Source: Octopus vulgaris (Eukaryota). Taken from it: DNA of 64,000 nucleotides. The stretch lies in NCBI GenBank assembly GCA_951406725.2, contig OX597817.1:22072001-22136000 (forward strand), read 5' to 3'. The translations under genes were made by a program, and so were the position numbers. The notes beneath the pieces were generated by a model that did not search any database, was not told the origin of the DNA, and saw only the letters and a list, made by a program, of their open reading frames with translations. Shown here in pieces: positions 12,506 to 26,069 of the stretch. The stretch's first letter is position 1; every line of letters starts with the position of its first letter.

Positions 12506-12597
<92 letters not shown>

Positions 12598-12646
12598 TAT
12601 ACATATATATATGAAGATAGATATATATATATGTGTGTGTATGTAT

Positions 12647-12909
12647 TATAGCCTCAGGCCGACCAAAGCAGAAACTGAAAGAAGACTGTCGTATATATGT
12701 GTATATTTGTGTGTTTGTGTTTGTACCCCCACAATTGCTTGACAACCTATGTTGCTGTGCTTATGTTCCTATAACTTAGCCGCTCGGCAAAAGACTCTCA
12801 TAAATTAAGTGCTAGGCTTGCAATCAATATATCCTGTGGTGGATTTTTTCGAGCATCGGCCGTGCACCAGCATGGATGCAATCATATGACTGAAACAAGT
12901 AAAATAAAA
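12647..12909 (+). mobile_element. SINE family A, 5'-truncated diverged copy
   Basis: tatagcctcaggccgaccaaag...tgactgaaacaagtaaaa. Confidence 0.7.
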
Positions 12910-13212
12910 TTACAATTATGCCATTTTAATCCAGAGCAATGCCAGTTATCTCCGCTAGTATATATACATATTTTGTATTTCACACACAAACTATTTAATA
13001 TTTAATATATTACATATGTATCTAATACATTTAACGCATCTAATTTGTTTAGTCGCATAATTGCTTTTATACCCGCTCAACTTGATCCCTCTTATAGCCT
13101 TTCTCTACCTTGTAGAATCGATTCCCTACAAAGACACCGGATGTCTGAATCTTTTGAACACTTTGGATCTCATCTGTGGACTATATATGTATGTATATAT
13201 ACATACATATGT

Positions 13213-13311
<99 letters not shown>

Positions 13312-13514
13312 TCTGTATATTTTTCGCTTGTTAACAATTAACACGGGAAAGATATTTCTTCACTTCCCTGAAGAGAAGATTACATTGTTTTACACCATTT
13401 TAATCCTTTGGAATAATATTAGTGATATATTCGAAAAATACGTCGGAAGTAAAAATATTTGAATTGCACCTGCGTTAAACTCCATTCATATATATATATA
13501 TATATATAAATATA

Positions 13515-13556
<42 letters not shown>

Positions 13557-13738
13557 TATATAGATATATGTATATGATAAGTATATTATGCAAACACATG
13601 TATATATGCATTATATATAAAGTGAGAATGTATAGAGAAAGGGGAGAGTGATTAAGTGTATATTTGCGAATAGATGAAAATATGTATAAGTAAGTGAGGA
13701 AGAGAGAAAGAATAAGAAAATATCAACCAACAGTAGAG

Positions 13739-13846
13739 CATCGAATAAGTAATTCGTGAACTACAATCTTCTTACCAGAAATAGAATATGTCCATCGAAT
13801 AAGTAATTCGTGAACTACAATCTTCTTACCAGAAATAGAATATGTC
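13739..13846. repeat. Perfect 54-bp tandem duplication
   Basis: catcgaataagtaattcgtgaactacaatcttcttaccagaaatagaatatgtc occurs twice in tandem. Confidence 0.9.
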
Positions 13847-14416
13847 CAGCGCAAATAATTTTTGACACCGTCTCTATTGGATAAAAGGTGATGTAGTTAT
13901 GTTTAATTATTTTGAGATAAAGTTTTTAGGTTTTCAAAAGATTCGGGTAAACTTTCATCCTCTTTGTGTTTCCTGTAAAAGATATATTTGGCTCGGTGCC
14001 TAGTTGTTTATAACTTCCCAATGAAATGTCTTCAATTCCCGCCGTCTACAAACATCGCCAATCAATCTCCAATTGTTCACTTATGTCTGTGGCAATGACT
14101 GCAGTTAGACATTAATTAGTAATTTAGGCCTGATGAATTTAGAGGGATGCAGTGACGATAATGTATATGCGCCATCTATGTTGTTTCCTATTGAGATTTA
14201 TTTCATTAAGTCAGACAAATTATTTACACTATAGCAATCGAAATTAATTTGCAGAGCTGGTTTGTTTTATTGCAATATTAACTCCCAGCGAAACGTGCAG
14301 AGAATTGACATGGAACCCGACGACTTTACTGTTAGATTTTCGTGATGCTGGCGTCACTGGACCCTTTTATTTATTTATTTTTGTCATAGTGGCTCATTCA
14401 CATATTTTTTTTTTTT

Positions 14417-14810
14417 TTTACTTGTTTCAGTCATTTTGACTGCGGCCATGCTGGAGCACCGCCTTTAGTCAAGCAACTCGACCCCGGAACTTATTCTTTG
14501 TAAGCCCAGTACTTATTCTATCGGTCTCTTTTGCCGAACCGCTAAGCGACGGGGACATAAACTCACCAGCATCGGTTGTCAAGCGATGTTTGGGGGACAA
14601 ACACAGACACGCAAACATACACGCACATACATATATATACATATATACGACGGGCTTCTTTCAGTTTCCGTCTACCACATCCACTCACAAGGCTTTGCTC
14701 GGCCTGAGGCTATAGTAGAAGATACTTGCCCAAGGTGCAACGCAGTGGGACTGAACCCAGAACCATGTGGTTGGTAAACAAGCTACTTACCACACAGCCA
14801 CTCCTGCGCC
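14417..14810 (-). mobile_element. SINE family A, full length
   Basis: Reverse complement of the family consensus, from ggcgcaggagtggctgtgtgg to gactgaaacaagtaaaa. Confidence 0.88.
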
Positions 14811-15289
14811 TATGTAAATACATACTTATAAAATCTTACACATACCAACGTTCTTTCACGCAGCAACTATTGAAGGCATTTAAATACAAATACTCAGGTG
14901 TAAAACCAGCGCTCATGCACTCACATGCACACACAAATACACACACACACCACCATCACCACTACACCACACGCCACACGCCCATACACGCGCGTACGTA
15001 TGTACAAAGATGTACGTGAGGATTACGTACACGCATAAAACATATGCATGCATACGGGCTTATAGATGTGTGAGTCTGTGTTTATACATATACAGTATAT
15101 ATACGCATATATATGTATACATACATACATATGTATGTGCGTGCATGGGTGTGTGTGGGCATATATGTATGGTTGGATGCATGCATGTATATATGTACGT
15201 ATGTATATTATGTAGTAGCTGTCGAATGAGATGTATATTTGTGTATCTATACCTTATATCTACATATATATATGTATGTGTAGATCCTA

Positions 15290-15352
15290 TGTATATATAT
15301 ATACATATATACATATATATATATACATATATATATATATACTTATATATAC

Positions 15353-15385
<33 letters not shown>

Positions 15386-15428
15386 CATATATATATACAT
15401 ATATACATATATTTACATATATATATAC

Positions 15429-15461
<33 letters not shown>

Positions 15462-15544
15462 CATATATATATACATATATATATACACATACGTACATGT
15501 ATATATATATTTATACATATATATATATACATATATATATATAC

Positions 15545-15577
<33 letters not shown>

Positions 15578-15608
15578 CATATATACATATATACATATAC
15601 ATATATAC

Positions 15609-15705
<97 letters not shown>

Positions 15706-15740
15706 TATATATTATATTTCATCTATACATATATATACAT
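15290..15740. repeat. Compound (TA)n/(TATACA)n microsatellite
   Basis: Direct reading. Confidence 0.9.
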
Positions 15741-16086
15741 ACGATGATCTATACATACTGACAAATTTATAAATATAAAATCACGCATAATATAGATTCG
15801 CATATGAGTGTGTATTTGATTTAATGCGTACATAGTGTTTGTATGTGTGTGTGTGTGTGTGTGTTAAATAGATAAGACACTAACCATCAAAGACGAATAC
15901 TTAACCGAGTTACTGAAGATGAAAAGAAAGGGTCTTAAGCTTTGACATCAGTTAAGGCTTCATTGAATGAGAAAGTTATAATGTTTAAAACATTCAGATA
16001 GAGAGGAAAGGCAGATACGCAGAGATATATACATAGACACAATGGGCAATTTAAGCCTCTGTGTGTGAGTGTGTGAGTGTGTGTGA

Positions 16087-16126
<40 letters not shown>

Positions 16127-16278
16127 ACATATATCACATACGCATAAAGACATAGGGTACTATATGTTAAATGTTATGTACACACACACACATATATATA
16201 TCGTATACATATATGTATATGTACACATACATATTTGTGCGTGTGTATCTTTCCCTCTCTCCTTCTCTCTCCCTCTCT

Positions 16279-16325
<47 letters not shown>

Positions 16326-16438
16326 CATACACACGCACACGCATATATACACACATATACACACACTCACGCAATCACAGTCACACGTATATATATATAT
16401 ATATATATACACATATATACACATATATACATTTATAA

Positions 16439-16482
<44 letters not shown>

Positions 16483-16505
16483 ATGAATTGATAGATAGCT
16501 AAATG

Positions 16506-16578
<73 letters not shown>

Positions 16579-16930
16579 CGATTGATCGATTAATTGATTG
16601 ATTGAATGATTGATTGATTGACTCTTCTGCTGCGTATAAATTTCAGTGAAGACCTAATAACAAGCGAGACATAACCATATATAATGAACAATATTAAAAC
16701 TATGAAACACCATAATGGCTATTAACGATGGCAGTATTGCGGAAATATTCCTACACATAAAATAAGTTGAAATATATTTCAGTGGTATAAGTTTATGACA
16801 AGTTAAGACCATTGTAAATAAATGGATAGCAGTATGCTGATGAAGATATCACACTTAGATTTCAAACTCGATTATGCGTACATACTTGCACAAACACACA
16901 CACACTCACACATACATACATATATAAAAA

Positions 16931-17145
16931 TGAGGGGGGTGCTGAAAAGTTCATGACTTTAAAGGTATCGCGAAAGGCCTTGCTGGAGGCCCTATCTTCC
17001 GAGTTCTTTTACAGGGCTTAGAAAAACTGAAGGATACTTGCAATAAGTGTGTGAATCTGAGAGGGAAATATGTTGAAAAAGCTCATAACTGATCCTCCTG
17101 AATTTTCTTTTGCCCAAAGCCAGGAACTTTCCAGCCCCCTCCCGT
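16931..17145 (+). mobile_element. Non-autonomous mariner-derived MITE
   Basis: Imperfect TIRs gagggggtgctgaaaagttc / gaactttccagccccctc. Internal remnant resembles a mariner transposase C-terminus (..CNKCVNLRGKYVEK). Second copy at 46841-47082. Confidence 0.75.
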
Positions 17146-17162
17146 GAATATATATATATATA

Positions 17163-17429
17163 AGCGTAGGAGTGGCTGTGTTGTAAGTAGCTTGCTTACC
17201 AACCACATGGTTTCAGGTTCAGTCCCACTGCGTGGCACCTTGGGCAAGTGTCTTCTACTATAGCCTCGGGCTGACCAAAGCCTTGTGAGTGGATTTGGTA
17301 GACGGAAACTGAAAGAAACCTGTCGTATATATGTATATATAAATATGTGTGTGTGTGTGTTTGTGTGTCTGTGTTTGCCCCCCAACTCACCCCCCGCTCA
17401 ACATCGCTTGACAACCGATGCTGGTGTGT
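17163..17429 (+). mobile_element. SINE family A, 3'-truncated
   Basis: Head and CORE-like segment match the family. Confidence 0.85.
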
Positions 17430-17445
17430 GAGCATGTATATATTG

Positions 17446-18050
17446 AATAAAATGAGGTAACAAAGCCAAGGCACTGTGAAATTTCTAGGACATTTATAAA
17501 GAGAAACTTAGTCTTACAGCTGTTGTAGGGATATAAAGGATATTTCATGATCAGATACGATATGAGAGAATTAAATAGAGAGAAATAGTTATAGTTCAGC
17601 ATACGAGGTTATTATGGAAAGGGAGATATACTGGAAGTAAAAAGGGAAATAAGAGAAAAAATATATATATATATGTTGGATGTTACACTATCCATTTGCA
17701 AAAACAAAAATATCAACTCCTATCGGAATTTACATATCATGGACAAGAAGCCTCTCTACCAATTCTACACAGCACTTCCCTTGGATAATGGAACTGCAAA
17801 TGTAACATCCACTATATATCTTTATTTTTGTTTTTATTCTCTTATTTCCCTTTATACTTCCTATCTATATCTCTCTTTCCAAAATAACTTCTGATATTCA
17901 ACTCTACTATTTTCCTCTATTAAACTCTCACATATCGCCTTTAATGATGGGATAGCCATTATATCCATGAAACAGTTGTAAGACTACTTTTCTCTTTATA
18001 AATGTCCCAGAACTTTCACATGGCCTTGGCTTTCTTGTCTCATTTTATTT
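17446..18050. mobile_element. Diverged inverted pair of P1-related Penelope-like pLTRs
   Basis: ~17446-17605 is a diverged reverse complement of ~17895-18050. Both hold decayed hammerhead motifs (gtcttacagctgt / gaaacagttgtaagac). Confidence 0.6.
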
Positions 18051-18169
18051 AACACACACACACATATATATATATATACACACACAACCGTACATGCACA
18101 TATAAATACATACATATTTACACATACCTCCAGACATACATGTAGACACACACACACACATGCACAAAT

Positions 18170-18612
18170 ACATTCATACATACATACATGCATATATACA
18201 TACATACATACATACATACATACATACATACATACATACATACATGCATACATACATATATACATACATACATACATACATACACACACAAACATACATA
18301 CATGCATACATACATGCATGCATACATACATACATACATACATACATACATACATACATACATGCATGCATACATACATGCATGCATGCATGCATGCATG
18401 CATACATACATACATACATTCATACATACATACAGACATGCATGCATGCATGCATACATACATACATACATACATACATACATACATACATACATACATA
18501 CATACATACATACATACATACATACATACATACATACATAAATACATACATACATACATACATACATACATAAATACATACATACATACATACATACATA
18601 AATACATACATA
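18170..18612. repeat. (TACA)n/(TGCA)n microsatellite
   Basis: Direct reading. Confidence 0.95.
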
Positions 18613-19569
18613 CACACACCTTATTTACTAATCTCTTGGTTTGAAGTTCATCTTTGTCCATGTTGGATTACTGACACTTTCACATTCATTTTTTTTTTGT
18701 TTTTAATGTTTTTGGTAATCGATTATTAGGCAATCTACTGCGTGTGTTTATATATGTGTTTAAATAAATGCGTGCATGTATGTGCGTACACAGAGCAATA
18801 AGGAAAGAGAGAACAAGAGAGCAAGAGAGAGCGAGAGTAAGAGAGAAAATGTGTGTGATAGAGATAGATAGATAGAAAAAAAAGATTGGTCGATAGATAA
18901 GCAGATTAAAGCAACGAACTGTGCACATACATTGAAAAATAACTGAAGAGAAAATGTGCTGAAGGCTAAGTAATGCTCCGCATGCGGAAACATTCAGTTT
19001 TCAATTTTCCTCTGTCACTCGAAATAGGGACACAAAAAAAAAACCCAGAGAAAATTTGATTACGTTCTTAGTAGGGAATAACTTACTCGCTGTATGTGAT
19101 ATTTTTGCATGGATTCTATCCAATAGAATCGGGATTACAGGTTCTGCAACATTACGATAGCTTTTCAATCTATGAAACTTTAGATGTGATACAAACAAGA
19201 TTTTCGAAAAATTTTTCTAGATATATTGATTATGGTGCTAGTCCAAGAGGAACACCAAACCTTTTTTTTTTTTTTACACCATCGACTGACTTCATGCAAG
19301 GAAATTGCTCCGCGGACCGGGAATGATGCGCTTAAACAAAATACAATAAAATGCATTATATGTCATTCTCAAATATTACAAATATAATACGGTGTGACTG
19401 ACTGGTAAAGAAATTTTCCTGCTAACCACATGTTTCAGGGTTCGGTCCCACTGTAAAGCGCCTTGGGGAAATGTCTTTTAGTATAGCCTCGGGCGACTAA
19501 AGCCGCCTTATTAGTGTATTTGTTAAACTGAAACTGACAGAAGCCTGTCGTATATATATATATATATAT

Positions 19570-19623
<54 letters not shown>

Positions 19624-19647
19624 ATATATATATATATTTATATATAT

Positions 19648-19718
<71 letters not shown>

Positions 19719-19724
<6 letters not shown>

Positions 19725-20396
19725 ATGGTGTCAATAAGATCCAAAGGTGTCACGTAATGCTGAGTATGTGCTATGGACAGACTATAGTTAAGCTCCAGGT
19801 TCGGCGATTATGCGAATGAGGAATCCAACGTAGGTCATATAACAGCATGTGTATATATAAAAACAAAATTTTAGGATGAGATAAAAATCCAAGGCCGTGA
19901 AAGATTTCAGAACATTTATAAATAGAATGTCTCACAGCTGTTTCTGGGATATTTTATATATCCCTTCATCGGAGACGGTGTGAGAAAATGGTTAAGCAAT
20001 AGTTATTCTAGAGAAGATATGAAATAGAGAGTGAAGTGGGGGAATGAAAATAGATGTGAGATATGTGGGGATATTGCATCTGTAGACCCATTATTAAGGC
20101 AGAATGGTATACATATGCATACCAGTCTGCCTTATTATGTATCATTATGTATACCAGTCTGCCTTAATAATGGATCTACAGATGCAATATCCCTGCAAAT
20201 CTCACGTCTATTTTCATTCCTCCACTTCACTCTCTGTTTCATATCTTATCTAAAATAACTATTGCTTAAACATTTTCTCACACCGTCTCCGATGAAGAGA
20301 TATATAAAATATCCCGGAAATATCTGTAAGACTTTCTATTTATAAATGTTCTAAAATCTTTCTCAGCCTTGGATTTTTATCTCATTCTGAAAATTT
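19719..20396. mobile_element. Head-to-head inverted pair of family P1 Penelope-like pLTRs
   Basis: 19866-20115 is the reverse complement of 20147-20396 (~250-bp arms). Hammerhead-like motifs at 19929-19976 (-) and 20285-20332 (+). The left arm extends to 19719, matching 9560-9712. Confidence 0.75.
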
Positions 20397-20411
20397 ATAA
20401 ATATATATATA

Positions 20412-20582
20412 GGCGCAGGAGTGGATGTGTGGTAAGTAGCTTGCTTACGAACCACGTGGTTCCGGGTTCAGTCCCACTACGTGGCACCTTGGGCAAGTGT
20501 CTTCTACTATAGCCTCGGGCCGACCAAAGCCTTGTGAGTGGATTTGGTAGACGGAAACTGAAAGAAGCCCGTCGTATATATG

Positions 20583-20676
<94 letters not shown>

Positions 20677-20890
20677 TTGTTTGTGTGTCTGTGTTTGTCC
20701 CCCTAGCATCGCTTGTCAACCGATGCTGGTGCGTTTATGTCCCCGTCCATTAGCGGTTCGGCAAAAGAGACCGATATAATAAGTGCTGGGCTTACAAAGA
20801 ATAAGTCCCGGGGTCGAGTTGCTCGATTTAAGGCGGTGCTCCAGCATGGCTGTAGTCAAATGACTGAAACAAGTAAAAGAATAAAAGAGT
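20412..20890 (+). mobile_element. SINE family A, full length with expanded internal (TA)n(TG)n
   Basis: Pol III box-like TGGATGTGTGG and GGTTCAGTCCC, CORE-like ggcaccttgggcaagtgtcttctactatagcctc, tail aaacaagtaaaagaataaaagag. Confidence 0.9.
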
Positions 20891-21714
20891 ATATATGTAT
20901 ATATATAGATTAAATCTCGGGGTCGATTTGTTCGACTAAAACCCTTCAAGGCGGTGTTCCAGTCAAACTACTAAAACATGTAAAAGAATAAAAGAATAAA
21001 AGAATACACACACACACACACACATAAACATATCATACATGTATAATGCCAAAATACGTTGAAAACAGCAATTATCAATAAAATAATTTTTTTAAATTCA
21101 TGCTTCCTGTGCAGCCCGATACTTGTGCGTAGCCTAATGATTGGGACCTTTGGTATAGAAGACCGACAGAAAGCACTTATATCTATGAAGAGACATACAA
21201 GCACATGCATGTCTGTATATGTGTTAGTAGATATCAATGACGTGAGTGTGGTTTTATCATAGTTATTGAACATGCATAACGCAGCGCGTAGAAATGTATA
21301 TGGTACAATAATAGCATGGATTGAGTGGTTATATAGATAAGAATTCTTTTCAAAGAGTCATTCAATGCCGAGATCTTGCGAACTGCAAAAACTATATTTC
21401 TTATGCCTCAAGTGGAGCAGATCGAAATTGTTCAGGCTGTTTTATATTCAACCAAAATATAAATTAACAGGATAAAGAAATTGCTCAAAACAGGTTATTT
21501 AAAAGAACGAAACGAAACGAATTGAATAAGACATATATAAAGCAAAATAACTAATAACGTTAAATATATGCAGCAGTAAATTTCAATAGTTTAAGCATCC
21601 TTTTTACAAAATGTGTATGTGCGTCTATGTGTTGTTTGCGAATACGTGTGTATGTACAGAGAATGCAAAATTGGGTGGCATGAAGAGAGAGAGAGAGGGG
21701 TGGAGGATAAGACT

Positions 21715-21751
<37 letters not shown>

Positions 21752-21901
21752 GCAGGCAGAGAATGTGAGCGGAGGGAGCTGATAACATACAAAGATTAAA
21801 TTAAGAAATTAGGCTCAAAGAAATATACCTCGTATTAAACACGTTTATATACGCTTACTCACATTTGCTACTCAACGCAATCAGATATTCCATACACACC
21901 A

Positions 21902-21947
<46 letters not shown>

Positions 21948-23411
21948 ACTGCTGCTGCTGCTGCTTGTGAAAGATTAATGTAAATTTCTTCAACTCAGCA
22001 TTATGATTATATGTATAATCATAACGTATACCATTTTCGTTAAAATTGCTACAAGGCAGTTGGCACAGTAACGGTGCCTTTTGAGTTGAATATGCTACTG
22101 TACTGAACGAAGAAAAACCAACACAGCTTCAAAAGGCCGAACTTAAAGTTGGCAAGATAATGGTGTAGTCAAGTTAAACTACTAAGTGTCGGAGTGACCT
22201 AGCATTAAGGATGTTGTTATGAAATAGCAATTTTTTTTTTCTTTTCCTTGTGATCATTGTTTCGTTGTTTTAATTCTTGGTGCTGAAAAGAGTTTGATAT
22301 TTAGCAAATAAGGTAGAGACTCGAGTTGGGTGTTGGGGTCTAATCGCTATTCGGGTCTAATCTGCTATTTCGCTCCAGTTTAGCTTTAGTCGAGCAGACC
22401 CTATGATCAAAAGCATTCAAATGTGGCTAAAGCCTTTTCCTTATAAGCAGGGAATCCAGCACTACAACATCCAACATGTCTTTCTTTAAGATTTAAATGA
22501 TGTTATTTGATGGCGATTTGGCTGCTTTTCCTAGCATTTTGAGCAAATATGTCGAGATTCCTGCTTGTAATTCGCCGTGATTCAGAATATAAATAGGAAT
22601 CAATGCAATAGGTACAGCCTACATCAGTAAGTAGCTGGAAAGTGGAATAAAATATGTGTTTCATTAGTTTGCACTGTTCCTTTAAATCTTTCATCCAAGT
22701 CTGGTATAGAAAGTAAAGAGACAATTGCAAAAGTATTCCCTACGACCAAACAGTTCTTCAAATCAGCAGCAGCACCAGAAGTTCAAATACCAGGTGATAT
22801 TGTTGCTAGTCTCAGTGACTGATAATCAGACGCGTTCTATGCGTAATCATACCATCTTTATTTCTAGCCCATTGTACAATGTATTCGCTCTTTACTATTA
22901 TTAAAGATATTACCGTGGGGTTTGGTGGTCATTTAGCTACTAATTCAAACACATTGAAAGAGCACTTAAAATGACTGTCGTTAATTCAAAATCAATGTTG
23001 TTGTGTCGCTTTAAGGTAAACTTGATGAAAAACAAAACAACGAACTGAATCGTGAGCATCCTGTGTTTTCCTGGCAAACATTACACACAGGTAAAGATAC
23101 GATGTAATTTAAAGAATATTTAACTAATATTTCTGGCTTGTTCATAGGTAGGCGATTGATTTACAAAATCGAAAGAGCGTCGGATAAAATATCTGAATTA
23201 TGGAACGTTATGAATTCAAATTTTAGCGATACTCACTTTACCTCGGAGTTTTCCATGTTGGATAAAATACGCCATCAGGCAAGAAATGGGTTCGACTTAT
23301 TATTCCTTCAAAGCAACCGAAATCTAAAAGGAATTATACAGTTACCGTCATTAACTAAAAAAAATATTTATTTTGATGGTAAAGAATGTATTTGATTATG
23401 AATATTTGATC

Positions 23412-23443
<32 letters not shown>

Positions 23444-23464
23444 GATTTTATATATATATATGAT

Positions 23465-23495
<31 letters not shown>

Positions 23496-24435
23496 GATTT
23501 TATGTATATATATATATACATGTGTATGTGTTTGTGTATGTGTGTGTTTTAGTGTGTGTATCCTGCCTACATTTAATGGAATAGGTTTTCTTTGTTCTCA
23601 TAAGAATTAGCGTGCTACATACAATCAAATTTTGCTTGATAGATCTAAAACAAAATAGTCTCAATAAAAGACTGAGCACATATAACAACTGGACAATAAA
23701 AAAAGACAATGTAAAGCATTGTGTAAGTACTAACGTTCTTAATAGTTCTTTTATTGTCCGTTCGTTCAAGACGAGTACGGCTTTAAGTAAATATTGATTC
23801 TAAATTGGTTTGTTCTTTGTAAAGGTCGATATCGCAATTAGCTGATTGTAATGCCCAAGGACACTCTTGAGAGATGTTGTGGATTAAGACGGAAAATACC
23901 CAAGGTTAGGTATCGTATTTTAAGTAGTGCTGAGATGCGATAACGTTCATAATGCAGATATGTTTGTGTATATAACCGGTTTAATGGCTATTCAGAGAAG
24001 CTATCTGCATGAAAAACAAAACACTAAAGTTTGAGTTGTCATACCTTATGCAGAGAAAATCAAAAGGCTGGCTAGAACTAATTTTGCATTGAGGAAGACT
24101 AATATCATATAACGACTGAAATTAAGTTAATTATTTCAGACATATTCTGGTTTTACTGTCTTCATTACAGAATCAGTCATCGACCTCCTTGCTGAGTTAG
24201 GAATGAGAGAGAAACTTCTATGTTCTAGAATACTATACTTCTAGAATACTGTTCGAAATGGAAGCTCAAATTGGTACGAGAATAGAATACGTATAGACGT
24301 CGTCTGCATGAACAATAATATTGAAGTTAGTGTTAACATACTCAGTGTTGGAAGTATTAAAAAATTAACGAGAAATGAATATGTAATGGAAAGGGAAGGA
24401 ATATTAGCCATCGCCTAATTTTAACTATTTTGGGT

Positions 24436-24813
24436 GGAGGCGCAATGGCACAGTGGTTAGGGCAGCGGACTCGCGGTCATAGGATCGCGGTTTCGATTCC
24501 CAGACCGGGCGTTGTGAGTGTTTATTGAGCGAAAACACCTAAAAGCTCCACGTGGCTCCGGCAGGGGATGGTGGTGATCCCTGCTGTACTCTTTCACCAC
24601 GACTTTCTCTTACTTCCTGTTTCTGTTGTACCTGTATTTCAAAGGGTCGGCCTTGTCACTCTCTGTGTCACGCTGAATATCCCCGAGAACTACGTTAAGA
24701 GTGCACGTGTCTGTGGAGTGCTCAGCCACTTACACGTTAATTTCACGAGCAGGCTGTTCCGTTGATTCGGATCAACCGGAACCCTCATCGTCGTAGCCGA
24801 CGGAGTGCTTCCA
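24436..24813 (+). mobile_element. tRNA-derived SINE, family C, tail variant 2, with 12-bp TSD
   Basis: A and B boxes. TSD ttaactattttg at 24421-24432 and 24817-24828. Confidence 0.88.
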
Positions 24814-25336
24814 TAATTAACTATTTTGACAAGCACGGGAGATAACTCCAGACATCCTTCTGTCTCTTTTTACGACCTCATGAGCGAAAAAGACAGTTCT
24901 CTACGTTTACATAAATAATGATTAAAGAATTACTAAGTAAACGTACAAAGGCTATACACTGGCTGGCGAAGAAGAGAAAAAAAGAAGAAAATTGTTTAGA
25001 TAATAAATTACACAGCTATGCACTGCGCTCATTTCAATCATGGTCTTTTCAGCTTTGATATCTTTGATATTTATCATTCAGACAGATTAAGTAGAATGAT
25101 GACTTGAAACTGATGTTGACTCTAACAGCTTAATGTTATTGCCAAAAACTAGCTAATCTGACTTTCTAGTTAGGCTGCAAGGAGATGTACATTGATTAGC
25201 AAAATTTATTTTTGCCTCTTCTTATTCTGAATGAATGAATGAATGAATGAATAGCGCTTATTACTTGAGCAGAGACACAATTGACCAATTCTACATAGTG
25301 ACACATTTTAAAAACAGTGGTGGGGAGCGCTTCACA

Positions 25337-25406
<70 letters not shown>

Positions 25407-25418
25407 TAGTAGTAGTAT

Positions 25419-25502
<84 letters not shown>

Positions 25503-25503
25503 C
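25337..25503. repeat. (TAG)n microsatellite
   Basis: Direct reading. Confidence 0.95.
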
Positions 25504-25918
25504 ATGTTTTGTTGTTGTTGTTGTTAGTCGTAACCGAGCAGAGTTATGTCAATTCCCTCTGTGCTTTTAGAGATATAGTATTATAATATTTGATGCACCA
25601 AGTACTTAGGATATAAGATGGTATGGTGGAATACAAAAGGTATTTGGCTGCCATTTCTAATAGATAGAGTAACCGCTTAGAGTTTCCCGTAGTAAATTGC
25701 ATGGTGTGTAGTGGGGTACATATTGGTCAACAGTAATTCATCAGATTATTAAGAATCATTTCGTTTTACAGCCAATAGAGCAGTCGGTAGAATACATTAG
25801 TTTCGTTTACCTTGCATACAAAAACCATGAAAAGTCTCTCCATAAACATCTACTGAGAATGTTTAAGGGCTTATATCACAATATACACGTCAGTATATAT
25901 AGATAGATGGATAGATAG

Positions 25919-26069
<151 letters not shown>

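Larger units (their letters stand above)
11891..12508 (+). mobile_element. Inverted arm (~1.75 units) of the 353-bp array
   Basis: Reverse complement of the unit, joined through a shared TGA at 11891-11893. Ends in (TA)n at 12509. Confidence 0.9.

Noticed and set aside
14586-14777. Recurring peptide [36 protein letters not shown] in many ORFs
   Set aside because: Antisense translation of SINE family A, not a protein family
15010-18661. Long YI/HT/VCMY-rich ORFs
   Set aside because: Stop-free frames of dinucleotide and tetranucleotide microsatellites
23847-23870. CNAQG peptide as a candidate upstream Ig exon
   Set aside because: In-frame stop follows within a few codons and there is no supporting Ig pattern
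24436-24510. Possible tRNA gene
   Set aside because: It is a SINE head, continuing into a repeat body bounded by a TSD
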